From assembly GCA_963677895.2 (NCBI GenBank), contig CAXXGJ010000012.1, positions 67,443 to 131,442 of the forward strand: a stretch of 64,000 nt of DNA, given 5' to 3'. This document shows, piece by piece, positions 29,619 to 39,355 of this stretch. Source of the DNA: Treponemataceae bacterium. Its GTDB lineage: Bacteria > Spirochaetota > Spirochaetia > Treponematales > Rectinemataceae. Below the pieces are notes generated by a model that saw nothing but the letters and a program-made list of their open reading frames with translations, ran no database searches and was not told the DNA's origin. Position 1 is the stretch's first letter. Each line of letters starts with the position of its first letter. Position numbers and translations under genes: made by a program.

Positions 29619-31118
29619 TTACTGGAATTTCGCGAGGCCGGCATTGGCTTCGTACGCGGCATTGAACAGTCCCGAACTCTGCAGCCCGATCGTACCGCTG
29701 CCGTATACGGCTTGGTTCGGATAATAATCGGGATAGAAATAGAAAGAGCCATCGGTGTGGGATTGCGCGACCTTCAGAAAGTCTTCGAGAAAATCGCTCT
29801 GCTCCAGTTCCGTCAGAGGGTACAGTGCCGATGGATCTTGCGTTACCCCTTCGGATTGGGCTGGATACGCGAATTCAGCGATATAGACTTCTTTTTCCAA
29901 CCCTTTCAGCCTGTCGAGGATCTGCGCGAATTCAGCCTGACGAAAATATGGCTGTTCCACGGGGTCATTTCCGAACATGTAGGGAAAACTCACTTCGGCG
30001 ATATCGTAGTCGACGCCTTCGTTTTTCATATACTCGAAAAACCTGTAGGCGAAATCGTTGTTGGGGCTGAAGCCTAGTCCCGCGATGTGGAGGCCTATTT
30101 TTGCCGTGGAGCCCGCGTCCCTGATGCCCTGGATCGCCGCCTTCAAGAAGCCCGCCTCGATATTCCAGACATTGGATTCCATCCATCCCGCGTCACGAAG
30201 AATATCGGTGCCGGGCGGGATCGGTATCCTATCGCTTCCGGCGACGTACCCCAAAATGCCGAATTCTATTTCGTTGCCGATTTCGTAGACGTCGAGGGTC
30301 AAGCCCAATGAGGAAAAGTAGTCGGCGGTTTCATGGGCGCTTTGCTTTACCGCCGCTTGAAGATCGGAAATCGATAGAGCGCTCCAGGCCGCCGGCGCGT
30401 CCTGCATGCCGGCATGGGCGGCTTTGTCGCTCAGGAAAAGGAAGGCGTCCAGCTTCGTGCAGCCGGCGTTTTTCGCCTCCAATAGAATATTGCCCGCCAT
30501 TTCGCGGCAAGACCAAAAGGTGTTGTCCCATGTGGCGCTGGCCTCCGGCCATGTATCGGGCGTGCCGCTCAATATTGGTTTCGACACAGTGGTTACGCCG
30601 ATTCTAGCCGAAGTCATTCCATTATCGCGCAACGTCTGTTGAGGTGAAAACGGCACATTATCCCAGACTCTTTTTATGAATGAGTCGACAATGACCGAGC
30701 CTTTGATGAAATCGGCGTTTTTCGCTCCAGTCGTGAAGTTCAGCTCATAGCCCGCGTTCAGGATGTTTCCCGAAGGATCGCTGATGCCGGGATCGACGAC
30801 GAGTCTATAGGACGTGCCGAAATCGAGGGGGCGAAGAGGCATGATCCGCAGGGATTTAGTCCCGGATGCAGCGCCGAGCGGGATTTCCTCGCTTCCGCTC
30901 AACAAGCGCGCGTGGAAGGATTCCGCGTCGATATCCTCATTGAAGGTAATGGTAAGCGTCTGATCGACAAGGACACCCGATGCGTTGGCGGAAGGACTCG
31001 TACCCTGGATGGAGGGCGGCGCCGTATCCTTGGAAAGGCTGCAGCCGACCAGCATCAGCATGGCGATGATAAAGCAATTGAGGAAAGATGCTTTATTCTT
31101 TAGTGTTTTTGTCCACAT
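29619..31118 (-). CDS. Lipoprotein with an Ig-like (Big_5-type) domain and a GH53-like (endo-beta-1,4-galactanase-like) catalytic domain
   Basis: Lipobox MLVGC; DTAPPSI...SP.......V......I.FNE; YEIGNE acid/base and YIAEFAYP nucleophile motifs. Confidence 0.72.
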   Translation of the reverse strand: MWTKTLKNKASFLNCFIIAMLMLVGCSLSKDTAPPSIQGTSPSANASGVLVDQTLTITFNEDIDAESFHARLLSGSEEIPLGAASGTKSLRIMPLRPLDFGTSYRLVVDPGISDPSGNILNAGYELNFTTGAKNADFIKGSVIVDSFIKRVWDNVPFSPQQTLRDNGMTSARIGVTTVSKPILSGTPDTWPEASATWDNTFWSCREMAGNILLEAKNAGCTKLDAFLFLSDKAAHAGMQDAPAAWSALSISDLQAAVKQSAHETADYFSSLGLTLDVYEIGNEIEFGILGYVAGSDRIPIPPGTDILRDAGWMESNVWNIEAGFLKAAIQGIRDAGSTAKIGLHIAGLGFSPNNDFAYRFFEYMKNEGVDYDIAEVSFPYMFGNDPVEQPYFRQAEFAQILDRLKGLEKEVYIAEFAYPAQSEGVTQDPSALYPLTELEQSDFLEDFLKVAQSHTDGSFYFYPDYYPNQAVYGSGTIGLQSSGLFNAAYEANAGLAKFQ

Positions 31119-31127
31119 CCTGCTTCT

Positions 31128-31156
31128 ATCATAAGCGCGCCGGAACAGCCTGTCAA
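31128..31156 (-). promoter_or_regulatory. Sigma70 promoter of the GH53-like lipoprotein gene
   Basis: TTGACA (31156-31151), 17 bp, TATGAT (31133-31128). Confidence 0.7.
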
Positions 31157-31189
31157 AATCTTTTCCTGCCCAACCCATGATCGGGAGTC

Positions 31190-31855
31190 TCAGGTTACGG
31201 CCAGCAGGATCGCGAAATCATAGAGCGCGTGGCCGAGGGCCAAGGCATGGAGGCTTTTGCCCCTCATCATGAAAAACGAGAAAAGCAGGGCGAGAATAGC
31301 GGCGCTTATCATGCCGAAGACGCCCTGGGAACCGTGGGAAGCGCCAAACAGCAGCGCCGACGCGAGAACCGCGCCCGAGATGGAAAAGCCGGACTTTTCG
31401 AAAGCCTTCACCGCAAAAAACCTGAAGAAGAGTTCTTCCGAATAACCAATGCCGAGGCTCGAGAACATCATGAGAAATATGGAAAGCGGCTGGCGGGAGC
31501 CGCCGCCAAAGGGATAGAGCAGGGGATTCCTGGCACCGGAGAAAAGGGCAAGCAAAGCGAAGAGGAGGGCCACGGCGATGGCCGCCGCGGCGATGAGAAT
31601 TCCGTTCGCCATATCCTTCGCCTGGGGAAGGAGGCTGGAGAGGCTGAAGCCTGAGGCCCCGGATCCAAACCAAGCTTTCGTCAAAAAAGCTATGAAAACG
31701 AAACGCAGCAAGCTTTTCGCGGCCGAAAAGGCATACCAGGAGGCGGAAAAAAGCGCTATCGGGGGTTGGGGCAGAAAGAGATCGATCCAGGCGAGCCCAT
31801 AGGCGGCGAGGAGAAGAAGAATTGGCTTCAGCCTGTCGGTGCGTCGGTTTTCCAT
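31190..31855 (-). CDS. CPBP/Abi-family intramembrane glutamic endopeptidase
   Basis: EELFFR, LFGASH, HALYD motifs; multiple TM segments. Confidence 0.85.
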   Translation of the reverse strand: MENRRTDRLKPILLLLAAYGLAWIDLFLPQPPIALFSASWYAFSAAKSLLRFVFIAFLTKAWFGSGASGFSLSSLLPQAKDMANGILIAAAAIAVALLFALLALFSGARNPLLYPFGGGSRQPLSIFLMMFSSLGIGYSEELFFRFFAVKAFEKSGFSISGAVLASALLFGASHGSQGVFGMISAAILALLFSFFMMRGKSLHALALGHALYDFAILLAVT

Positions 31856-31961
31856 AAGTCTGCAGCCGATTCTACACCAAACGCGAGACGCTGTCATTTG
31901 TGTCGGGACATCGATGGGCGGCCTTGAATCAGGACGGATGCCGGCGCGCGGTACAAGGACG

Positions 31962-33545
31962 ATGGAGATGAAAATAGCTTCCGAATCCGCTGGGCGGCCC
32001 CATGAAAAGCTCGCGCGCGGACTGGCGGCGGTCCTTTCTTACGCCCTGGTCAGGCAGGCTCCCGTGCTGTGGACGGCGCTGGGCGCCGCGCTCGTCTTCT
32101 ACGGATCTCCGCTACGGCCCTTCGCCGTTCTGCCGCTCGCCCTCGCCGTCGCCGTCGCTGGCATCGCTCTCACCTTGGGCCAAAGCGACTCTTCGCGGAC
32201 CCGCCGCGTCGCCGGCATCGGCCTCGCTCTCTCCCTCGGACTTGCCTGGGGAGCGGCCGCTACCATTGCCGAAACAGCGCGCACCCAGCCCGGCGAACTC
32301 TCCCGCTTCCCCATCGTCAGCCTTTCCGGCACCATCGCCGCCGACGGCCGCCGCACCTCCAAGGGGAACACCATCATGACCATCCAACTTGAAGAAATCA
32401 CCGTCGCCTCGCCGGGCTGGCGCGCTCGGATCTCCTGGCCGCGCGGCCGCTCCCTCGTCCTCCTCGTCACCGATGGCACCGGAGAATTCCCCGCCGGACG
32501 CCGAATCAAGGTCGGCAAAGCCTCGGTCATCGACGCCGGCCAAGCCCTCTACTACGCCTCGGCGAAGGATATCGCCCAGGGCGGCTTTGTCTCCGGAATC
32601 GCCCGCTTCAGGAGCAAGGCCAGGAGCGTCTTCTCCTCGCGGATAGCCGCCGTTTCGGGGAAGGCTTTTCCCCTGGCCCAAGCCCTCCTCATAGGCATCA
32701 TGGATGATATAGAGAACGAGGAATCCAGCCTTTTCCGCGACGCGGGCTGCTCCCACATACTCTCGCTCTCGGGCCAGCACCTCTCCATTCTCTGCTCCCT
32801 CATGACCCTGCTCTTCGCCAAAATGCTGAAGCGCGCCGACCTCGCCGACATCGCCGCCTTGATTTTTACCGTCGTCTTCACCTGGCTGGCCGGCGCCGGA
32901 CCATCGCTCCTGCGTTCCATGCTGATGACGCTATGCGGCCTCATTCTGCGGAAAGCGGACAGGCCCCAGCGGGGCATGACGATACTCGCTATCGTGTTTT
33001 GCCTCGCGCTCGGATGGAAGCCCGCCGACGCGCGCAGCCTCTCGTTTACCTTATCTTATGCCGCGATGGTCGGCCTCATCATCCTGTCCGCGCGCTGGGA
33101 AAACCTGCTCTGGCGCATTCCGTCCTTTCTCGCGAAGCCGCTTTCGGCATCCTTCGCGGCGTTGTGCGCCACCGCTGGCATTTCCCTTTCCGCCTTCGGC
33201 TTCTTCGCGTTGGGCGGCATCGTTGCGTCCACCCTCTCGGGGCCGGTCGTTCTTCTCTTCATGTGGTCGCTGCTCGGGGGCACGCTCGTCGGAAGCCTCT
33301 TTCCCTTCCTCGGCGGCATCCTGTCCCGCTGGCACGAACTCCTTCACGAGGGCATTCTTTTCATCATGAGAATCGGCGCCGCGCTCCCCTCGATCCGGCC
33401 GGAAGGCGAGGCCGCGAAGTTCCTCCTTTCCCTGGCGATTGCCGCTTTGTCCCTCTTCGTGTATGCTTATCCCTACGGTGAATACGCGTTGAACCTGACA
33501 ATCAAGGCGCGGCGCCGGAGAGCTTTTTCCCCAGGAAAACCATGA
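31962..33545 (+). CDS. comEC: ComEC/Rec2-family competence protein (no C-terminal metallo-beta-lactamase domain)
   Basis: FRDAGCSHILSLSGQHL, PSLLRS, SF.LSY.A; start position uncertain. Confidence 0.8.
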   Translation: MEMKIASESAGRPHEKLARGLAAVLSYALVRQAPVLWTALGAALVFYGSPLRPFAVLPLALAVAVAGIALTLGQSDSSRTRRVAGIGLALSLGLAWGAAATIAETARTQPGELSRFPIVSLSGTIAADGRRTSKGNTIMTIQLEEITVASPGWRARISWPRGRSLVLLVTDGTGEFPAGRRIKVGKASVIDAGQALYYASAKDIAQGGFVSGIARFRSKARSVFSSRIAAVSGKAFPLAQALLIGIMDDIENEESSLFRDAGCSHILSLSGQHLSILCSLMTLLFAKMLKRADLADIAALIFTVVFTWLAGAGPSLLRSMLMTLCGLILRKADRPQRGMTILAIVFCLALGWKPADARSLSFTLSYAAMVGLIILSARWENLLWRIPSFLAKPLSASFAALCATAGISLSAFGFFALGGIVASTLSGPVVLLFMWSLLGGTLVGSLFPFLGGILSRWHELLHEGILFIMRIGAALPSIRPEGEAAKFLLSLAIAALSLFVYAYPYGEYALNLTIKARRRRAFSPGKP

Positions 33546-34437
33546 CGATAGCCTACGATTCCCCGGCCGCCATAAAGACCTTTCTCGAAGCCGAAGGGCT
33601 GGCCATGTCCAAGCGCTTCGGGCAGAATTTTCCTCGTCGACCCCAACGCGCGGGAAAAGCTCTACTCGGCGCTCGGGACCGTGGAGCCGGTCCATATTTG
33701 GGAGATCGGGCCGGGCATTGGCGCGATGACGGCTCTCCTGCTCGAGCGCGGCCACCGCGTCACCGCCTTCGAGATCGACCATGGCTTCGCGCGCATCCTG
33801 CGCGGACTATTCGGCGACAACCCCGCGCTTCAGCCTCATCGAGGGCGACTTCCTCAAAACCTGGAAGGGCACTATCGGCAGCAACGCCACCGCCAGCCAC
33901 GCCGCCATCAGCCCCGCGGACGCCGCCCGGCCCGACATCATCTTCGGCAACCTGCCCTATAACGTCGCACTGGCCATCATCGCCGATCTCCTGGAAAACA
34001 AAGGCGTGCCTGGAAGGATGATCTTCACGGTCCAGAAGGAAGCGGCGCGCAGGATAGCCTCCGGACCAGGCACCAAGGATTATTCCGCGTTTTCCGTCCT
34101 CTGCGCCTCGGTATGCAGGACGAAAATCCTCTACGACATCGGAGCCTCGGCCTTCTGGCCCAGACCCCGGGTCACGAGTTCCGTCGTAAGCCTCTCGCCG
34201 CGGCCCGATCCCATCGCCGCCGACGACCGATCGGGCTTTTCCCGCTTCGTGAGAAGCGCCTTCTCCTCGCGAAGGAAAACCTTGAGGAACAACGTCCAGG
34301 CCATGGACAATGACTTCGCGGCCAACTTCGACGAGACCCTGGAACGGCTAGGAATCCAGGCCGACATCCGCGCCGAAGCGCTTCAGCCCGAACAGCTGGC
34401 GGCCGTCTATTTTGCCCTCTCTTCCCCCAGGAACTGA
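33542..34437 (+). CDS. rsmA: 16S rRNA dimethyladenosine transferase RsmA/KsgA, split by two +1 frameshifts (probably sequencing errors)
   Basis: KRFGQNF | LVD...WEIGPGIGAMT...FEIDHGF | ...GDFL...GNLPYN...QKE.A.R...FWPRPRVTS...F.SRRKTLRNN across three frames; extra bases in TTTT (33628-33631) and CCCC (33821-33824). Confidence 0.88.
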
Positions 34438-34449
34438 GCATTCGATGCC

Positions 34450-34478
34450 TTGCCCCTTTATAGGCAAATCTTTATGAT
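34450..34478 (+). promoter_or_regulatory. Sigma70 promoter predicted to give a leaderless bactofilin mRNA
   Basis: TTGCCC, 17 bp, TATGAT, then 6 nt to the ATG; no SD. Confidence 0.6.
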
Positions 34479-34484
34479 ATCGCC

Positions 34485-34850
34485 ATGCCCACCGTCCAGA
34501 AGAGCGTCGTAGCCGAAGACGAAATCGACACCGTCATCGGAAGAGACATACAATTCACCGGCGCCATCAACACCGACAAGTCCCTGCTTATCAAAGGTGA
34601 AGTATCGGGCAGCATCGTCTGCGGCGAGGATCTCTACCTCTCCCACGAAGCCATTGTCGATGCCGATATCCACGCGGGCAGACTGACCGTGCGCGGCACG
34701 CTGAAAGGCAGCGCCGTCGCGGCCGAAAGCATACAGCTGCTCGCCGAGAGTTTTGTCGAGGCTTCGCTGGCGGCGCCAGAAATCGTCATGGAAAACGAAG
34801 AGCGGTTCAAGGGAACCTTCACGATCACGGGGAATCAAGAAATTGACTGA
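34485..34850 (+). CDS. Bactofilin (polymer-forming cytoskeletal protein)
   Basis: DTVIG.DIQFTG.I.....L.I.G.V.G.I......V.ADI......V.G...G.... Confidence 0.85.
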   Translation: MPTVQKSVVAEDEIDTVIGRDIQFTGAINTDKSLLIKGEVSGSIVCGEDLYLSHEAIVDADIHAGRLTVRGTLKGSAVAAESIQLLAESFVEASLAAPEIVMENEERFKGTFTITGNQEID

Positions 34851-35535
34851 CATCCGCCGCGCTACCCACAGGCTTCTGGCTCTCGCCAGTCTCGCGCTTC
34901 TCCTCTCGGCCGGCGCCGCGGCGCGCGTTTCCGCCCAGACGCCCCAAAACTATTCCGTCGCGGTCGGCGAATCGATGCCTGGTTCCGAGATACTCAAGCT
35001 GACGACGGCCGGTAAACACGACGAAGCGAGATCCAGGGCCATGGCCAGGATCAAGGAAAGCAAGGACGACATAGACGCTTATGTCAGCCTCTCCTGGAGC
35101 CTCGTCGCCTTGCGCAAGTATCAGGAAGCCGAACTCTACGCGCTGCGCGGCTACGAAATCCGCGAAGATCCCCGGCTCGCCCAGGCCATAGGCGAAGCCT
35201 CCTATTATCTCGGAAAAAACGACCTCGCCCTCGCGATGCTGAGGGAATATATCGCCAGCTATCCCGAAGGCCCGAGAGCCGGACTGTCCTTTTACCTCTG
35301 CGGCGAACTCTATATCCGTATGGCTCAATACATGCACGCCGACATCGCCTTCAGCACCGCCGTCCAGCACAATCCCAACAATCCGGGATGGTGGGCCAGA
35401 CTCGGCTGGGCAAGGGAAAACGCCCGCAAGGTTCTCCAGGCCCTCGATGCCTACGAAAAAGCGCTCTCCCTGAACCCGAATCTCGTCGACGCGCTCGAAG
35501 GCAAGAAGCGCATACAGGAACGGATGCAGGGATGA
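34843..35535 (+). CDS. Secreted tetratricopeptide-repeat protein
   Basis: Signal peptide; TPR patterns such as WWARLGWARE......ALDAYEKALSLNP; TTG start overlaps the bactofilin end. Confidence 0.8.
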   Translation: MTDIRRATHRLLALASLALLLSAGAAARVSAQTPQNYSVAVGESMPGSEILKLTTAGKHDEARSRAMARIKESKDDIDAYVSLSWSLVALRKYQEAELYALRGYEIREDPRLAQAIGEASYYLGKNDLALAMLREYIASYPEGPRAGLSFYLCGELYIRMAQYMHADIAFSTAVQHNPNNPGWWARLGWARENARKVLQALDAYEKALSLNPNLVDALEGKKRIQERMQG

Positions 35536-37001
35536 CAGCCTTGAGAGTCGCCTTCAGAACGCTCGGATGCAAGCTCAACCAACTCGAGACGGAATCGGTA
35601 GCCGATGCCTTTTCGGACGCCGGAGCGCTGCTCTGCTCCTTCGAGGAAATAGCCGATCTCTATGTCGTCAACACCTGTACGGTGACGAGCAAGGCCGAAC
35701 AGAAGGCGAGGCGAGTGATGCGCCAGGCCCTGGTCCAGAATCCCCAGGCTGTCGTCCTCGTCACCGGCTGCTACGCGCAGATGGATCCCGAGGGTCTGGC
35801 TCTCATCCAGCCCCGCACGATCGTCCTTCCGGGCGAAGAAAAATCGACGCTGCTCTCCCTCGCCACCTGGCTGCAGGACAACTGGCAGGGCCATGGCGAC
35901 CTCCAGGACGCCGTCATGGAGTGGAAAGGCGGCCGCGAGACCCCGGGAAACGCGCCTTCCAACAAAGCGCCAGCCGGCAAAGCGCTTGCCGACCGCTTCG
36001 CCTATCATCCTAAAACCTTCGCCTTCCATTCGCGGCCTTCCCTTAAGATAGAAGACGGCTGCAACAACCGCTGCGCCTACTGCCGCGTCTGCCTGGCGCG
36101 CGGGCCGGCCGTCTCGCTCGCCCCCGAACGCGTTCTTGAACGCCTTCTCGAACTCGAGGGCGCCGGCAAGGCCGAAGTCGTCCTCACCGGCATCAACCTC
36201 GCGCAGTATCGCGACGGCGGCATGAAATTCCCCGAACTTCTTTCCTCTATGATAGAAGGCACGGAACGGATCCGCTTCCGCATCTCGAGCTATGAGCCGG
36301 AATTGATCGACGAAACCTTCCTCCGCGCCTTCGCGAATCCTCGCGTGCAGCCCCATGTCCACCTTTCGGTCCAATCCGGCTCCACCGCCGTCCTTCGCAG
36401 GATGGCTCGCCCCTATACGGCCGAAAAAGTCGCCGAAGCGATCCGCGCCCTCAGGGCGACACGCGACGATCCCTTCCTCGCCGCCGATATAATCGCCGGT
36501 TTTCCCGGCGAGACCGACGCCGAGTTCGAGGAAACCTTCGCCTTCTGCCGCGACATGGATTTCGCCTGGATACATGCCTTTCCCTTCTCCGCCCGACCCG
36601 GCACGAAAGCCTTCGACATGAAGCCCAAAGTGCCGGAACGCGTCGCCGGAGAACGCGTGGCCAGACTCACGGAGCTAGCCAAAGAGGGGAAAGCGCGCTA
36701 TATTGATCGCTGGAAAGGAAATATCGTCGATGTCATCCTGGAAAGAAACTGCAACCCCGATGCCGTTGAAGAGGTATCCTTGACAAGCGGGGAAATCAAT
36801 GGTGAACTGGTTTCAGCCGCTGTAAGCGCTTGTTCCTGGCGGGCGGGGACTTCTTCGAACTACCTGAAGCTTTGGATCGAAGATGTTCCGCAGATCTTGC
36901 TCCCGGGCAGCGCCGCGAGGGCAAAGATACTGGGACCCGACAGCGCTTCCGGCATGGAAGCGCGGGCACTTTTTCAGGTTCTGCGGACGACGGGAAAATA
37001 G
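35532..37001 (+). CDS. mtaB: tRNA t6A37 methylthiotransferase MtaB
   Basis: TLGCKLNQ.E, NTCTVT, VTGCYAQ, radical-SAM KIEDGCNNRCAYC, HLSVQSGS, DIIAGFPGET, FPFSARPGT. Confidence 0.9.
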   Translation: MTALRVAFRTLGCKLNQLETESVADAFSDAGALLCSFEEIADLYVVNTCTVTSKAEQKARRVMRQALVQNPQAVVLVTGCYAQMDPEGLALIQPRTIVLPGEEKSTLLSLATWLQDNWQGHGDLQDAVMEWKGGRETPGNAPSNKAPAGKALADRFAYHPKTFAFHSRPSLKIEDGCNNRCAYCRVCLARGPAVSLAPERVLERLLELEGAGKAEVVLTGINLAQYRDGGMKFPELLSSMIEGTERIRFRISSYEPELIDETFLRAFANPRVQPHVHLSVQSGSTAVLRRMARPYTAEKVAEAIRALRATRDDPFLAADIIAGFPGETDAEFEETFAFCRDMDFAWIHAFPFSARPGTKAFDMKPKVPERVAGERVARLTELAKEGKARYIDRWKGNIVDVILERNCNPDAVEEVSLTSGEINGELVSAAVSACSWRAGTSSNYLKLWIEDVPQILLPGSAARAKILGPDSASGMEARALFQVLRTTGK

Positions 37002-37064
37002 ATTTCCCACATTCCTGTCTTTTGCAGTATACTTCTGTATAAGAAATGTAGTCAGGAGGCCGAA

Positions 37065-37940
37065 ATGAAGCGAAATCACACGATGCTTTTTATTGGTGCC
37101 GCCTTGATCGCCCTTCTCATGGGATCTTGCGACACACTATTCACGAATCAGTTTCAGACCTTGGGGCTTGGGCAGGTAAGCCATCAGATGATCGAGGACG
37201 CCGTCGCCGGCGGTACTGACGCGATCATCGCTCAATCGGGGCTCGAGGAAGGCGGCATTTCCCCCAGCTTCCTCGCCGCGGCCACCGCCACTCCGGAGAC
37301 AGCAAAGCTGGTTACGGATGAGCTGCAGTCGACCGTTGACGATCCCGCCGCCACCCCAGAAGAAAAACAGGCCGCGGAAGTCCTCCTCATCGAGATAGAG
37401 CTCGAGATGAACGGCGGCAACGACCTCATCGACAATATCGTCGGCGCGATTGGCGGCATCGATTTCAACAATTTCAACATTAGCAATTCCTCTGACCTCG
37501 CCAACCTTCTTTCCTCCCTTTTCCCGCCCAAGGGCGTCAAGGCTCTTCCCGCGGGGTGGACGGTAGATCAGGTGGCCGCTGTCCTGGACGGCATAGCCGC
37601 TTCCCAGGACCGTTTCGCCGAGCTCGTCACCTTCATGGGAGCCAGCGGCTACAGCGTGTCCGGAATCGACGCCGGCAGGTTGGCCCAGGTAGGCACCATC
37701 GCGAACATCTTGTCCAGGGTGGGATTCGTTTCTCCCGCGTATACATCGATCGGCGACGCTCTCGCCAATCTGATCAACGATGTCACCGATTCGCTCGATC
37801 CCGAGCATTTCGTATATATAACCTATATTCAGGTGCCTGAAAACCTCGTCGACCAACTGAGAGCCGATACTGGGCTTCAGGAACTTTTCACCGCCGCAGG
37901 ACTGGACCTCGTGGCGCTGTTGAATACATTCGGGGAATGA
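37065..37940 (+). CDS. Hypothetical acidic lipoprotein
   Basis: Lipobox LLMGSC; SD AGGAGG; mostly helical-looking sequence. Confidence 0.8.
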   Translation: MKRNHTMLFIGAALIALLMGSCDTLFTNQFQTLGLGQVSHQMIEDAVAGGTDAIIAQSGLEEGGISPSFLAAATATPETAKLVTDELQSTVDDPAATPEEKQAAEVLLIEIELEMNGGNDLIDNIVGAIGGIDFNNFNISNSSDLANLLSSLFPPKGVKALPAGWTVDQVAAVLDGIAASQDRFAELVTFMGASGYSVSGIDAGRLAQVGTIANILSRVGFVSPAYTSIGDALANLINDVTDSLDPEHFVYITYIQVPENLVDQLRADTGLQELFTAAGLDLVALLNTFGE

Positions 37941-37975
37941 GCGTCCGAGCGCTCGCATAAATAAGGAGTAGAACG

Positions 37976-39127
37976 ATGAGAAAATCCATTTGCTTGGTCT
38001 TAATACTCGCGCTCGGCGGCCTGGTTTTCGCGCAGACGGCCACATCGAGCGTCTCCCCCAAAACCGCCAAGGTCATGGGCATGGGCGGCACCTTCCGCGT
38101 GTTCAGCACGGGCTATGACACCTTCTTCGGCAATCCGGCGGGCTTCGCCACGAAAAACGGCTCGCTCACCATCGCAGACTTGGCCACCTGGGCCTATTTC
38201 AAGCCGACCCAGGACAATATCGACAAGGCGATGGCCATCGCCGACGGCACGGCCACCCAATCCGAAACGGCTTCCTACATAGGCGATTGGGTCATCAACA
38301 ACGGCCTCGGCGTCGGCGCCTCCCTCGGCCTCGGCTGGGCTGGCAAGGGCTTTGGCCTCGGCGCCACCCTCGTCACTGACGAAGTCGCCTCCGGCAACTC
38401 CCTGCTGGGATCGGTCATGACGAGCAGGACCCAGGCCACGGCGGTCGCCGGCGTGGGATTCCCGATCAATCTCGGCCCCATCAGCATCAGGCTGGGAGCC
38501 GATGCCCGCGCCTATTATCTTCTTGATAACTCGCCGGCTTCTGGCTGGCCCTTCGCCAACATCGCCATGGAAGCCACGAGCCCCGGCGGCGATCCCATGA
38601 CAGCCATACGCGATCTCGACGTCATCGGCGGCTACGGATTCGCCTTCGACGCCGGAGCGACCATAGGTTTCGGACCGCTCATGATCGGCGCCATGGTCAG
38701 GGACTACGGCCTGGAATTCAACAGAGGCGTCACCAAGATCGGTACCATCATGGATACGATGACCCTTCCCACGGACGGAACCGATGCGTATATCCTCATG
38801 CCAGAGGTTTCCGTGGGCGCCGGACTCCAGTTCAACCTGGGCAAGGTGCTCGCCCCCTCCTTTTATATCGAAACCGAAGACCCCCTCACCTTTGTCGAAG
38901 AGGGCATGAACGGCATGTGGAACAAGATCCACGCCGGCGCCGAAGTCAAGCTTTTCAACTTCCTCGCCCTTCGCGCCGGCCTCAACAAGGGCTGGGTGTC
39001 GCTGGGCGCGGGTATCGACCTCATTATTTTCGAAGTGGATGCGGCTCTGTTCACCGAAGAGATGGGCGATGTTCCCGGAGACTTCGGCAGGACTGGCATA
39101 GCGATTCAGGCCGCCGTCAGGTTCTGA
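37976..39127 (+). CDS. Putative outer-membrane beta-barrel, FadL/TraF/PorV-like (paralog 1)
   Basis: Signal peptide; N-terminal AKVMGMGG...FFGNPAGF; alternating Gly/aromatic strands; LRAGLN.G..S.G.G; C-terminal AAVRF. Confidence 0.75.
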   Translation: MRKSICLVLILALGGLVFAQTATSSVSPKTAKVMGMGGTFRVFSTGYDTFFGNPAGFATKNGSLTIADLATWAYFKPTQDNIDKAMAIADGTATQSETASYIGDWVINNGLGVGASLGLGWAGKGFGLGATLVTDEVASGNSLLGSVMTSRTQATAVAGVGFPINLGPISIRLGADARAYYLLDNSPASGWPFANIAMEATSPGGDPMTAIRDLDVIGGYGFAFDAGATIGFGPLMIGAMVRDYGLEFNRGVTKIGTIMDTMTLPTDGTDAYILMPEVSVGAGLQFNLGKVLAPSFYIETEDPLTFVEEGMNGMWNKIHAGAEVKLFNFLALRAGLNKGWVSLGAGIDLIIFEVDAALFTEEMGDVPGDFGRTGIAIQAAVRF

Positions 39128-39187
39128 TCCTGCGGCGCGCAGCGGGCAGCCGACCTTTCGACTGCCCGCCTCAACTTTCTTGATTTT

Positions 39188-39217
39188 AAAGTCCGCCCTC
39201 CTGGGCGGACTTTTTAT
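39188..39217 (+). terminator. Intrinsic terminator
   Basis: AAAGTCCGCCC-TCCT-GGGCGGACTTTTT; a second stem lies at 39142-39169. Confidence 0.85.
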
Positions 39218-39355
39218 CGGTCCGCTTTCTCCCGGACTGTGTTATCTATTTAAGGCTAAATGCCGATATACATACTTTGCGCATTCAATTGAGTCGTGAA
39301 CTATAGTACAACATATACATGGCGCTGACGCCAGATTTTCGGGGAGGAAGTAGTG

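Noticed and set aside
31190..31855. 'Abi' protein as an abortive-infection system
   Set aside because: Motifs match the CPBP membrane protease family; the name does not imply phage defence and the context is housekeeping.
33542..34437. rsmA as a true pseudogene or programmed frameshift
   Set aside because: Both shifts are single extra bases in homopolymers, all motifs are intact, and similar indels recur elsewhere in the window.
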